Shown piece after piece: positions 13,593 through 26,119 of a stretch of DNA of 64,000 bases. Under the pieces are notes generated by a model that was given only the letters and a program-made list of their open reading frames with translations, ran no database searches and was not told the origin of the DNA. The stretch is taken from positions 15,555,405-15,619,404 of the forward strand of contig CM119266.1 in NCBI GenBank assembly GCA_051294375.1, in the 5' to 3' direction. The position numbers and the translations under genes are program-made. Source of the stretch: Paraspadella gotoi (Eukaryota > Animalia > Chaetognatha). Within the stretch, counting starts at the first letter, position 1. The number at the start of each line of letters is the position of its first letter.

Positions 13593-15076
13593 GTCTCTCT
13601 TCTCTTTCTCTCTTTCTCTCTCAATCCTGTAATTGCTCTGAGCCGTAAAGGTGGAAGTCAAAATAAATGTATCACTGAATGGGCGAACATAAAAATGGTT
13701 TATAGACAATTTGTCTTTCTTTCGGTCATCGATCCCGTAGTCTCCTCTACGCATGCGCGAAAGGCCTCGTACAAAAATATTCGACGAACAACACCAATTT
13801 TTCTTATTTTCAGTCGGGATTAAATGAATCGAAACAGCCGTTCCAAAGAACTAATCGAAAAAGCGAAAAAAAATCTATAGTGTAACAATAAAATGAGAGA
13901 AAAAGAGAGAAAGAAAAAGAATTGCGAGGGAAAATGGGGCCAACGTTAAGAAAAATTCAAAGAAAAAACCTAAAAGGGGCCAGTTGGCGGGCACCAGCTT
14001 GTTTCGAAAATGTGAAAACCGTTTTGCCGTGAAAAAAAGCTTGCTTTCAGATGACAAACAGAGGGGGCACGGACTGAGAGAGCTTGTTTCGAAAAATAAA
14101 TTAAGACGGCGATAATAAAAAAAAAGTTGTTAAAAATGTGATTTTTAGAAAGACAAATGGAAACTGGATCGTGCAGTGAGGCTTAAATCAAGATCGTGAC
14201 TTTTCTACTATAAAAGATGATATGATAAGATTAGTTTTAAAAGGGAAAGTAGGTTTTTCGTTTGGCCAAAGCTTGGTTTCGAAACGGAAATGGCAGAGTA
14301 AAGCTTGTTTCCGAAGTTGAGGCAAGGAGCGTCGCGTCCGCTGAATAAAACAAATCCCCAAGGATTCTTTGGGCCAAATAAAAAGGATTGAAAGAAAGAA
14401 TTAAAGAATTGGGGGAAAAGGGGAAAGAGAAGGAGAGAAAGAAGCGACTTAAGGGCAAAGACAGAAAGAAAAAAAAGAGAAAAAAATTACCGAAAAAAAA
14501 GAAAGGAAAGAAAAGGAAGAAAGACCGAGGTCGGCACAGAGAGATGGAAAGAAAGAGAAAGCCGGGATAAATTAAAAAGTAACCATGTAAAAAAAAAACC
14601 CCGAAGAAAAGGGGGAAAAAGATTGGGAAAGGAAAGGCGAAAGGAAGCGGACAGATCTCCGAAGACAAATAAAGAATTCCCCGCCTTTTCCCGCCCCCGA
14701 CGCCCAACACAAGAGGCCAAAAATGTCACTCCGTTTCTAAACAAGGTTTCGTTCGGTCGTCGCGCACCATTTTCTCATTTTCGAGCCCGCAACTCACCTC
14801 TTTTTTTTTTTTCAAAGTCGCAAAAAAGAAAATGTCCTCAACTGCATACCCGATTCCCGTTATGTACCCAAAATAATTTTGCAGCCAAGAGCCAGGAATA
14901 GCGAAATGGCGTCTTATTTTTGAAGCAAAAAAAAAAGGGGGTCTTCTCGCATCATTGACGTGGCGCTTCCCCGCAGGCACATCGTGTCCTGCTCGCTGCT
15001 TGCTTCTCCCTTATCTTCATCCAACTCGATTTTTTGGTAGAGGAAGGCGAATTTCTCTCTCTCTCTCTCCTCTCTC

Positions 15077-15157
<81 letters not shown>

Positions 15158-15488
15158 ACTTTCGCCAGCGTCAACCACCAATCACCTCGAAAGTTCCTCC
15201 CATAAAAAAGTGGAGCAATCCTCACCCGCCCCTCTGTCGAAGGACCAAGGGATTTTAGAAGCCTCGATTCGGAGAAGCTTTTTTCGGAGTGAGATGATGA
15301 CGAAGATGACGATGATGATGATGAGGATGAGGAGAGAAAAAAGGATGAGGTGCATATCTCTTTCCATTTGGTGACATCTCTCACGTTTCGGCGAGGCCTG
15401 TCGCGCTTTGTCACTTGTCACGAGATTATAATCGAATCAAGGGGAAAAACGAATTTTGGGAGACTTTTCTATTTTCTCTCTCTCTCTT

Positions 15489-15574
<86 letters not shown>

Positions 15575-18500
15575 CCCCTGCCCCCTCCGTATAGTTTTCT
15601 TTTTCCAAGAAACATCTGGGAAAAGAAAATCGTTCTCCTTCGAAATGAATAAATCACATTATTTTATGTAAATCATTTTATTTCGACATTAAAGTCGAAA
15701 CCGAGGCACCCAGCCTGTGCTAGAGAGGTTTGCCTTTCCTATCTTTCCATCTTTCCAATCTATCGTTCTTAAGTATTTTTCTCTGCTCTCTCTTCCTCTT
15801 CCAACAATTCTCCGTTCGCTGTTTTTTTTGTAAAGAGTAAACTGATTCCGGTCTTGGAAATCGCGGGACAGATATGGCGCCTGCGCCTTCGCAGAACCAG
15901 GAAAATATCTTAACCACAAAAAACAAGAACGGTAATTTCAATGTGTTGCGCCGAAGTGGCTTTATTTTCACATGATATGACATGACATGACAGGACATGA
16001 CTAAAAACTTTTTTGCCCGTGTATTTATAACATGCACTGCATCAAAATTCCGTATTTTATTCAATATAGTTTTAGGTTTGACTTTTTTTTCTGTCATAAC
16101 AAATGACCAACCAACTATTGAAAAAAATTATCTGGACTTTTAACATAAATAGGACAGACTGATGGACAGACATATAGACCGACCGACCGACGGACCGACA
16201 GACCGATCAAAAAGGGACTTATCGAGTTGCTCCGCGAGTACTCGCGGCGTAACTTAAAAGAAAAGTAAAAGAAATTGCATAAAAATTGGGATATTAAATT
16301 AAGTTGTAGTGAAAGTGTTATTTTATTTTTTCACTCAGTGTATAAAGATAGAGTCTGACTTTTACTCGCGAATCGAATCTCTCGAGTCTTTTCGGTCAAA
16401 AAAGCAACAAAGATCCCAGAAATATACCTAATCCGCGAAGATGACGACGACAACAACAACAACAACAAAAAACAGCCTCATCCATCATTCTTTTTCCCCC
16501 CTTCTTCAGAATGCCCGTAATCGAATGGGGCAGAACATCTTCGACATCGACCCCGACACGGGGGTCATCTCCACGCTGGTCGACGACCTTGACCGAGAGT
16601 CAGTCCCCAAGGTAAGGTCATCAGGTCATCAGGTCACCTTTCGATCCCTCGGACCCGAATTCGGATTCGGATCTGGACCGATTCCACCGATTCCATCGCC
16701 CAAAAGTCAGTCTTCGCGGATCATGGTCTTCTTGACCTTGACCCGATGTGACCCTTCCTCTGTTGATCGCGAGTCGTTCCCTCGAGGTGATAGTCCGATG
16801 ACCCCGTGACCCCTTCTCAGTTTTGGTTCGGAATCTTCAATGATCCCGAGGATCATCATCGACTGACGGATTCTTTTTTTTTTTTTTTTTGCCTAGAGAC
16901 CCACGCCCATTTCCCTCTTTCCTTTTCGCCTTCGCTTTTCTTAATGGCGAATCTCTTCTCTCTCCATCGCTAAATCTTCTGCTTCTTCACTTTTCGCTCT
17001 CGGTTGATTTTATCCTCAACTTTTACTTATCTTTACTGTAAACTATGAATATGCCCCTGACTTTGGAAAGACTTTGGTGGTTTCAGGCCTCCATCACTCT
17101 TACAAGATAATAACACAGCAGGTCCCAGCAAGCTTTCAATCAAGACTCTCTCCCAGAGTACCTGGCTTTTAAAATATCTTCTTTTATATTGACAAAGATT
17201 TAGTGAATTCTTCATTCCCCCTCTACGTTACCAACCTTTCCACTTCCTCCTTTATCCCCTACCCTACCCCCCTTTCCACCTTCCGCCCTTTGCCCCCTTG
17301 TCAATCTATCATTCCTTCCCCGATTCGCTAATGTTTTTTTTTTTTTACTCTTCCTGTTTCTTTTTTTTCCCTCCTCAACCAGTAATATTTTCTTCTCTTC
17401 ATCCCCCAACCTCCCCTCAAGCATTCCCTCTTCTCCTTTCGCCAGGAGTCACTCCAAAAACCCATTTCACCCCTCAACCAGTTTCACTCCAGCCCCTCCC
17501 ATTTTCTCCACTCCACTCCAGTATCTAATCACGGTTGTGGCGGAGGACGGCGGGGGCCGCGCCGGCACCGGGACCGTCACTATTTACGTGGACGACGACA
17601 ACGACGAGCCGCCCGTGTTCAAGAAGAAGGTTTTCCGGAAGACGATGTCCGAGGGGGAACCATCCGGTGAGGGAGAGAGATGTAAAAGAAACTAAGGAGA
17701 ATGAAAAATATACATAAATAAAAAAATTAAGAACGATGTATATGACATCTAATTAAAACCCAGGGCATAAAGTGTTTTTAACAATATGTTGGTGCTCACT
17801 TTATTTCCAGAAGACGAAACTCCCCATCCCCTCTCTCCATCATAATTTTAGTATTTAAAGTATTTTTAATATTTTTTTACTTTTTATATTTACAAAATGT
17901 ATTCTAATATAGTAATAATGTAGTCAACCAAGCGATTAATCTTCATTCAATCGATGAAGGGACCTCTATCACGTCGGTGGTAGCCGAAGACGCCGACATC
18001 GGTGGCAACGCGCTGCTGACTTACTCCCTCGTCGGACCAGAGGGCACCAAGTATTTCCGTATGGACACGGACAGGGAAACCAATACGGGCATCCTTAGGA
18101 TATTCAAGGTGAGTTTGAAGTCAAGCTGCGACGATTAATGCTAATAGTTTTAATAGCAAATTATTTTATTGAAGTCTTTAATTTCCTCATCCGCAGCAAG
18201 TGGATTACGACGAGCCTCTTCGCCAACGATTGTTCAGTCTGACCGTCTCGGCCTCGGACGGAAAGCACACTGACAAAGTGAGCAAACCATTCAGTTTAAT
18301 CAACATTTTTTTGCCTGACTCCCGATTTTACTAATTAACATCACGTCTCCTGAAACCTGACAGGCCTTCATCGAACTCACGGTCCAAGACGCCAACGACA
18401 ACGCGCCCGAGTTCCTTCGCCCGTTCATCAAGCCGCCGCCCGTACCAGAATCCGTGCCGCCGGGGCACGTCATCGCCCGTTTCGAGGCGAGGGACCGGGA

Positions 18501-21500
18501 CACCACTGTCAACGCCAGATTCAAGTGATTATACGTTAATATACGTCAAAAACTAATTTGCATATTGCAGTTTTTATTATTTATTTCTTTATCGTAGGAA
18601 AAAAAGATTATAGTTTAGAATTATGAGAGTAAAGATGAGTAATAAAATGTAATGTAAACCTTAACAAAGTTACCATTTTACTGAAGTAGGCATTGTTGAA
18701 ATTTTTTTCATTTTTACTATTATCAAGGGCTTAAGTTGTAGTCTCTATTTAAATAAATTAGAGATCCGAACGTACGTGCTCGTAAAACTTCATATAAGCA
18801 AAAATGACATAAGTAGTTAACCCAATAATATTTCCTGATTCTAAAAGAATCTAGTCTTTTAAATTATACTGATTTTCTTCTTTATTTTAATCCCTTCTAA
18901 CTTACCTTCTGTCGCAACGTCCTTACCAAAGATACTCGATCGCCCGGTCAAGCGATCCCGACCGTCAGTTCCGCATCGACGCGGACGGGACAGTTCGCGT
19001 GCGGCGTCACTTGGACCGAGAGAAGAAGGACAAACACATTGTCCTGATACACGCCATCGACGAGGGTAAGTTAATTCGCGGTCCTAATTGTGTTAAATAA
19101 AATGAATTGAATAACATTCAAGCTGTGTTCTCACCCTTCGCAGGACCGCCGAGTTTGACGGGCACGGCGACCCTCTATCTCGTTGTCTCCGACATCAACG
19201 ACAACTTTCCCAAGTTCGCCGAAGATTACAGGTAAGGGCTCCTTATTCTTGAGCCGATGAGGAGAAAATTAAAACGCCAAACATCGTAATGTAATGATAT
19301 AGCTAATTTACAATCCTCTCTTTAATCAACCACCTTTCTCCAGACCGATCGTGTTCGAGAACGGGAAATCCCAGCAGCGCATCATCACCATCTCCGCGAT
19401 GGACCCCGATCTCCCCAACAACGGCGGACCCTTCAACATATTCGCCCCGACGAAGCGGGACAACCCAGTCATCAACGACTTCACACTTGACTTTATTCCC
19501 GGAGGAGGTGAGTTGTCTTAACATCTGTTCTTAGATTTGTTAGTCGCTGGGTTCCTACTTTCTTCCTTCTTCCTTCTCTTCCTTCCTTCCTTCCTCCTTC
19601 CTTCCTTCCTTCCTTCCTTCCTTCCTTCCTTCCTTCCTTCCTTCCTTCCTTCCTTCCTTCCTACCTTCCTTCCTAATTACCTTCTTCATCATTTTCTTCA
19701 GACAATCATTCGTTTCTTTTTTTCCTCCTCATTTCCTTTCGTTCCTTATATTCTTTTCCTTTCCTTAATTAACTCTCTTTCATATCATATCACATCCTGT
19801 CATATCACTTATTTACCCCGGATGTAACCCCATCTTTTCAGGTCAAAACCACATGGGCTCCGCGGAGATTTGGACGAAGCGAATCTTCAACCGAGAAAAA
19901 CAAAAAGTTTACAAGATGCCGATCATTATGGCCGACTCTGGGAACCCGCCCATGACTGGGACCAACACACTCACCATCATCATCGGGGACGAGAACGACA
20001 ATCCGCCTTACCCGGGACAAAAGTACATACTCTGCTACTCATTCAGGGGTGAGTCGTGGTAGTTTTAGTTTTATTTACTAATTTATTTAATATAATTATT
20101 ATATAAATGTGTTATTTTAGCGGAGAGTCCCGAGGCGAAGAAAGGCGAGACTTCGGCGTCGGTGATCGGCAACGTCTTCGCCGAGGATCTTGACGATTGG
20201 GACATCGACGACAAGTCCTTCTTCTTTGTTGGCAAATACCCGAAAAAGTATTTTAGGTATGGGCGATACTGTTGTACTTTAATAAATAATTTTTAATATT
20301 TGATATACTAATTCTTTCTTACATTTCCTCTAGTCTCGATCAGCACACGGGCGAGATCCGCATGTCCAGCGGTACGCCCCGCGGTCGCTACACCTTCAAG
20401 TCCAAAGTGGTGGACCGCAGCTGGAACCGGCCGGTCATCTCCGATGTCACCGTCGAAGTCCGCGAGATCCACGAGTCCATGGTGCGGAACTCCGGCTCCA
20501 TGAGGATCACGGGTAAGGACGTCACAGGTGGGCGAAGAGGTTAACATACGAGCCATGTGGATGGATGTGGGTCGATGGGTCATGAATAGAGAAAGTTTAT
20601 CGATATTGTAGGTAGGTTTTTTGTTAAAAATTTCAATTAATCTTTAATAAATTGTTCTATATCGTAGCTAGAACACGAACAGCCGCTTCGTTGTGATATT
20701 TAGAAAATACTCATCCTCAGTCCTCAAACTCTTCGCTTAAATTTTTGCGTCTGCATGTCCCTGACATTGTCAGCCCCTCGAATCAAGTTGTCGGCAAATC
20801 TGCTGCGAGCCGACGAGACAGAGCGCGTGCGAAATGAAAATGAGATTGTCTTTGTTGCGCGCATTTATTTTTTTCTCATTCGCTACTTTTCTGCATGCGG
20901 TTTTCCTTCTTTCATACCCAAATTTGCAAGGTCCGCACCCCAGATAAGACACGATATCGACCGTCTTTTTTCTTTCTTTTTCTTTCTTTCTCACTCGTAT
21001 TTCTTTACCGAATTCCCTAGTGAATGAAAAACGCGGTTAATCTCCCGAATTTTTCCTTTACACTTTCTTTTTTTTTCTCTTGCCAAAAAAAACAAACAAA
21101 AACCCCAAAACGTTTCGTATCCCCAACTATCCTTAATCGAAAATAGGCCGTTGGCCGTACATGTGTAAGTCTCCCGTCGAAAATATTACCATGTTCTTTT
21201 ACAAAACTTTTTTTTTCTTTTCTAAAACGTAAAAACATTAACAGTTGTTGTACGAGCGTCAAAAGCTTGATCGACTTAAAGCTTTGACATCGTTCATGCT
21301 TTACTGACATTTTTCACTGATTCGCACAATTTGGAAAGAAAAATGATAAAAAATAAAATTAGACTCAGTAATCCATTACGAATAAAACACTTTTTTCGAT
21401 GAATATCGCCATTTTTAGCGCACATTAGAAATTGCACCGACTAACATTTTTTATTTGTTCAATCTTTTACAATTTCTCGCTAAGCGCACTTTTCTAACGG

Positions 21501-22979
21501 CAACGATAATTGTTTTATATTAAAATAGATGCGAAGAAACTTATAGAATTTAACTTAAACGTGAGTTCATTTGTTTGTTGTTTATTTTTCTACGTCGTAA
21601 ACTGTGTTTTCTTATTCGGCGCTCTCGTTAGTTTCACGCTTCGAGAGATTTAACGATTTGAGACGATTACTAAGAATTACTGTTTAACTATTATAGTCTT
21701 TTTGATAGACTTTCCGTTTTTCGTTACGAAAACGAAAATTGTATTTCGATTATGAAAGCGAGGCGAAATGGCGGCTGACGCCCTCTCTGCTTTGAGATCG
21801 TCCGATGCTATTTTATTTTTTCCTTTTTTTTTATATATATATTCCTTGGGAGATGAACACGTCACACGTCAAAGGAAAAAAAATCGTCGGCGTGAAAAAA
21901 AAAAGACGTCGAGGCTTTGAAAATCTTCCCCGTGAATCCTCACAGCGAATCTCATTCCTCCCCTTTTTTCCCTCCTTTTTTATGTTTTCCTCTGCTTTTT
22001 TCCTTCTTCTTCTCTTCTCTACCTTTTTCCCCATCGCTTATCTTTAATTTGCCGTTTGACTTTTTTTCATTTTATCTTTCTTCTTCTGTCCTTTTTCTTT
22101 CCTCCACTTCGTTCCCCTCTTTTCCTTTCCTCTCTCTCCTCCTCCCTTTTGCCTCCGAATCTAATACTTCAGACATGACGGCGGAGGAATTCCTCGACAC
22201 GCGGTATCTACAAGGGAAAGCCTCCAAATACGAGAAGCTCAAGAGCAAGCTGAGATCTCTCTACGGTGAGCACTCGAGGATTTTGCGTGGGAAGCGTTGC
22301 ACGACTGATAATGAACGCGTCTGAAGCCTTTTGGAAAAAAAAAATCTACGGCTTAAATTATTTATCCTCGACTCTTTTGTTAAAAGGAATTCTTAAAAAA
22401 ATCCAGGACATAATTAGTTAACTACTTTTAACGACTGATTAGCATTTAAATCCTATTTCTATTTTTTATATGAGAAATCATAGTACGTAGCTTTCAATAA
22501 AAAAACATTCCCTTTTTAAATTTTTTTAAATTTAATCATTCTCGTATTGAACGGCTTCGTTATCGTCGAATTCTATTCTCCTACTGACAACAGCCAAGCT
22601 GAATTAAAAACGCGCGACAACCGGCGCTGAAGAAATTCTATTGGCTCAAATTCGGCGCCATCTTTTAATTAAAAAATCTCCGCGCTTTTTTTTTTCGACA
22701 GACGTGAGCGGCGACCGCGTGGAGATCTTCAGCGTCATGAATCACCCGACGGAGAAAGACGTCGTCGACATTCGATGGGGAGTGAGGGAGAGGAGGAGGA
22801 GGGGGAGGAGAGACGCGGGAGAGGAAGAGGACGACGACGAGAAGAAGGTGAGGAAGAATTTCCGATGCCCTTTTTTTTAGTTATTGGATATCGGGAGTCT
22901 TTTAGTTTTCTATCTTCTTTTTTAGTTCTTTATTTCTTTCTTTCTTTTTTCTTTCTTTCTTTTTTCTTTATTTCTTTCT

Positions 22980-23016
<37 letters not shown>

Positions 23017-26000
23017 TTTCTTTCTTTCTTTCTTCTTTTTTCTTTCTTTTTTTCTTTATTTTTTCTTTCTTTCTTTCTTCATCTCTTTCCAAACTCATGT
23101 CTATCCCCCTCACTCTCCCCTCTCGCCCTTCAAAAAGTCGACCCTCTGGCCCGACTTCTACGCCCGACTCGTGGGCGCGCCGTCGCACCACCCGCCCCAC
23201 CGCCACCGCCGCGGCCGGCGCGACGTCAAGGGCGCCGGGTACATGGGCGCCGCCAAACTGAACGGCGTCGTGGACGAAAACCTGGAGGAGGTGGAGATCG
23301 AGGTGGGCATCCGCATCCTCATGGTCAACATAGACGAGTGCATGACGCCCTACGAGAGGTGGCGAGGCCGGCGGGTGCGAGTCCGTCCTCCACGTCAACG
23401 CCACGCCCGCCCTCGTCAACACCAATCAGACGTCGCTGGTGAGGGGATGGTTGTCGGGGTGTGGTGGTTGCAAGTATGAGGAAAAGAGATGGTGTAATAA
23501 AAGGGGAAGAGAGAAATAGGAGAAGTGGAAAGAGTGTGAAGAGGGAGGTGAGAGGGCGAGAGAGTTGAGGAAGGGAAAGCAGAGAAGAAGAGACAGTGAC
23601 AGAGAGACAGAGAGAAATCTGGGAAAAAAAGCGGGAAAACGAAAAAATTCGTAAAATTTGCGTCAAGACATGTGCGCGATTCTGTTCTATTAAAACGAAG
23701 CACAAGTTTCGACGACGTTCGATCCAAATGGCTAAACTTGAAAAGAATAGAGAATGAGACGATTTTATTGTCGTCGTTCGTCGTCGTCGTTCGACGTCCG
23801 CATAAAATCTCCATAATTTCCACGATTCAGTTGGACGCGATTGTCTCGTAATTATCTTCCCTCAACATTACCGCCGTCGTTTTTTTTTTGCAACGTAATC
23901 TTCTTTCGCTTTAATCTCATTGTAATCCCCTTTCCCCCCCATGTCTCTGTCTCTCTCTGTCATTATCTTTATCATTATCATTCGTCATCCACCACGAAAC
24001 CACCTCCGAACCGCTCCCACCCCACCTCTGCCCCAGGTGGGCGTGAGCGCGTGGACGACGGCGCGTTGCTCCTGCAAGTCCGCTCTTCCGGTTCGACCGG
24101 GAATTCGGTGTCGCGCGGACTCTTGCTTCAACGGGGGAACTTGCGAACACACCCCGAAAGGATTCTAGTGAGTTAAGGAGACTTGTTAGTTTTATGATTA
24201 GTGATAATTTAACTAAGTATGTCTGTTCGATATTAGTACTAAATGTAAAACAATCTGAGTAAAATATTTTGTTTTAAAATCTTTTTACTGGGAAGTATGA
24301 ATAGAATTGAGTATGTCATTCACGACCATTTGTTCATTTCCATTCACCCTCAGCTGTAAATGCCCGCCGGGTTACGACGGCCCCCGTTGCCAGAAATCCA
24401 CCATCTCCTTCCACGGCAACAGCTACGCTTGGTTCCCCTCACTGCAGACCTGTTATCACTCTCGTCTCTCTTTCGAGTTTATGACCCGGATGCCCACGGC
24501 GCTGCTGCTTTACAACGGGCCTATGCGAAAGTTGAAAACAAGGTGCCGTCTCTCGCCGAATAGAGCGAAGCTTTTAATTTAGTCTAATTTTCATTTTGAA
24601 GTCATATTTTGAAATCATGTTTGCATTAAGCGGTATTACGATGTGACGTTTATGCTAATATATGCTACGTATGCTAGTATTCTATGTAAAATAAATATTT
24701 AAATAATTACCACCGTCAGAAACAATGTATATTTTTCGAAAAAATTTAAATTCAGTTGATAGGCCAACGCACCTTTTTCATCAACTTGCCTGTTATTAAA
24801 CTTTCGATTCCTTACATTAAATTACAAAGCCTCATGGCAATCCTTCGGAGATATATATTCTTGCCTTTGGTCTGTAAATAAGTTGTATACATGATAAAAT
24901 GTTTAATTAACCTAACCTGATAATTTACTTCACTTCAGGGAACCCGTGGACTACATTCTGATCGAGCTTCAAGAAGGACGACCACGCGTCCGCATCAACC
25001 ACGGTTCCGGCGAATCCGCCATCTACCTCGACCAAAGCCCCAAACTCAACGACGGCGAGTGGCATCGTCTCGACGTCATTTGGGAAGGACGCAAAAGTGA
25101 GTCGATTCTTGGGTGAGGTTCTTGGTTTTTGGGACTCAGCATGACTCATAGTTGAAGTCGAATCAAAAACTATAAGATATAACAATAACGTTAGTCTGTT
25201 TAAAAAAAACAAAAAAAAAAACAAGTAATGGAAAAGTCAATCTTCCGACTGTCGATTTCGTAATTAGAAAAGCCGATCCGCGTCGAAAGGGAAGCTTAAC
25301 GGCGGGAAAGAAATGATAAGTGATCTTCGGGACGGAGACTCGGCCAGGTTCGCTCGTAAATTAACGGCCAAATCGATTTTCGTTATGAGCCTTTTTGATT
25401 CTTTCTTTTTACGGAGCGAGAGAGACGTATCGCCCCCTCTATCCGTCTTCCTAGCAAACTCGTAACTTCTCTTTTTTACGATTCCCTCTCTTTTTTTTTT
25501 CCGAAAATCTCCGCGTTGGTCGGGCCGTGTTTATTATTTATGAACCAGAGCCGAGGGCCGACGGTAACCGTTTCCGTTCAACTCGGACTCCTGGGATTTT
25601 CTTGGGGCCAAAATCCCTTTTCTCTCTTTTTCTTTATTTTGTGGCGAATCCTAAATTCGGCTTCCGGTCTTCTTTCTATTTTTTTCTCGCTTCACACTAG
25701 TCGCTTTAATTCATTATATTATTGCTAAGTTTATCCTAATGCATACATTGATTTTCATTTTCTTGTTTATTTCAACCTTTCCATCAATAGTTTTTTTTCC
25801 GTCCCTCTAAAAGACCCCACCCGTTTTACTTTCCATCCCTCTCCATCCATTACGTTCAATCCTTCGTCCATAAACTAGAACTCGGAGCGAAAGGTTACAA
25901 CCATGGTGGAAAGAGTCGAAGAGTGAGCTCGGATGGCTCCTATTGGTCGACCATAGGACCAATGAGAGCTGTTAGATTTCAACGCGATATTTTCATTTTT

Positions 26001-26025
26001 GTAATTGAATTCAAAGAAAATACTT

Positions 26026-26119
<94 letters not shown>

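Noticed and set aside
14914-15671. ORFs with poly-ER/poly-SL (also near 3259, 13433, 25979, 36376, 51718, 53292)
   Set aside because: Translations of (GA/CT)n microsatellites.
5628-22265. Mutually exclusive duplicate exons as in arthropod N-cadherin
   Set aside because: I found no second copy of any exon in the large introns (10910-12250, 13529-16509, 20513-22172, 25097-26620).
25935-25970. Short imperfect hairpin with opposed CCAAT motifs
   Set aside because: Too short for a pre-miRNA, with no supporting features.
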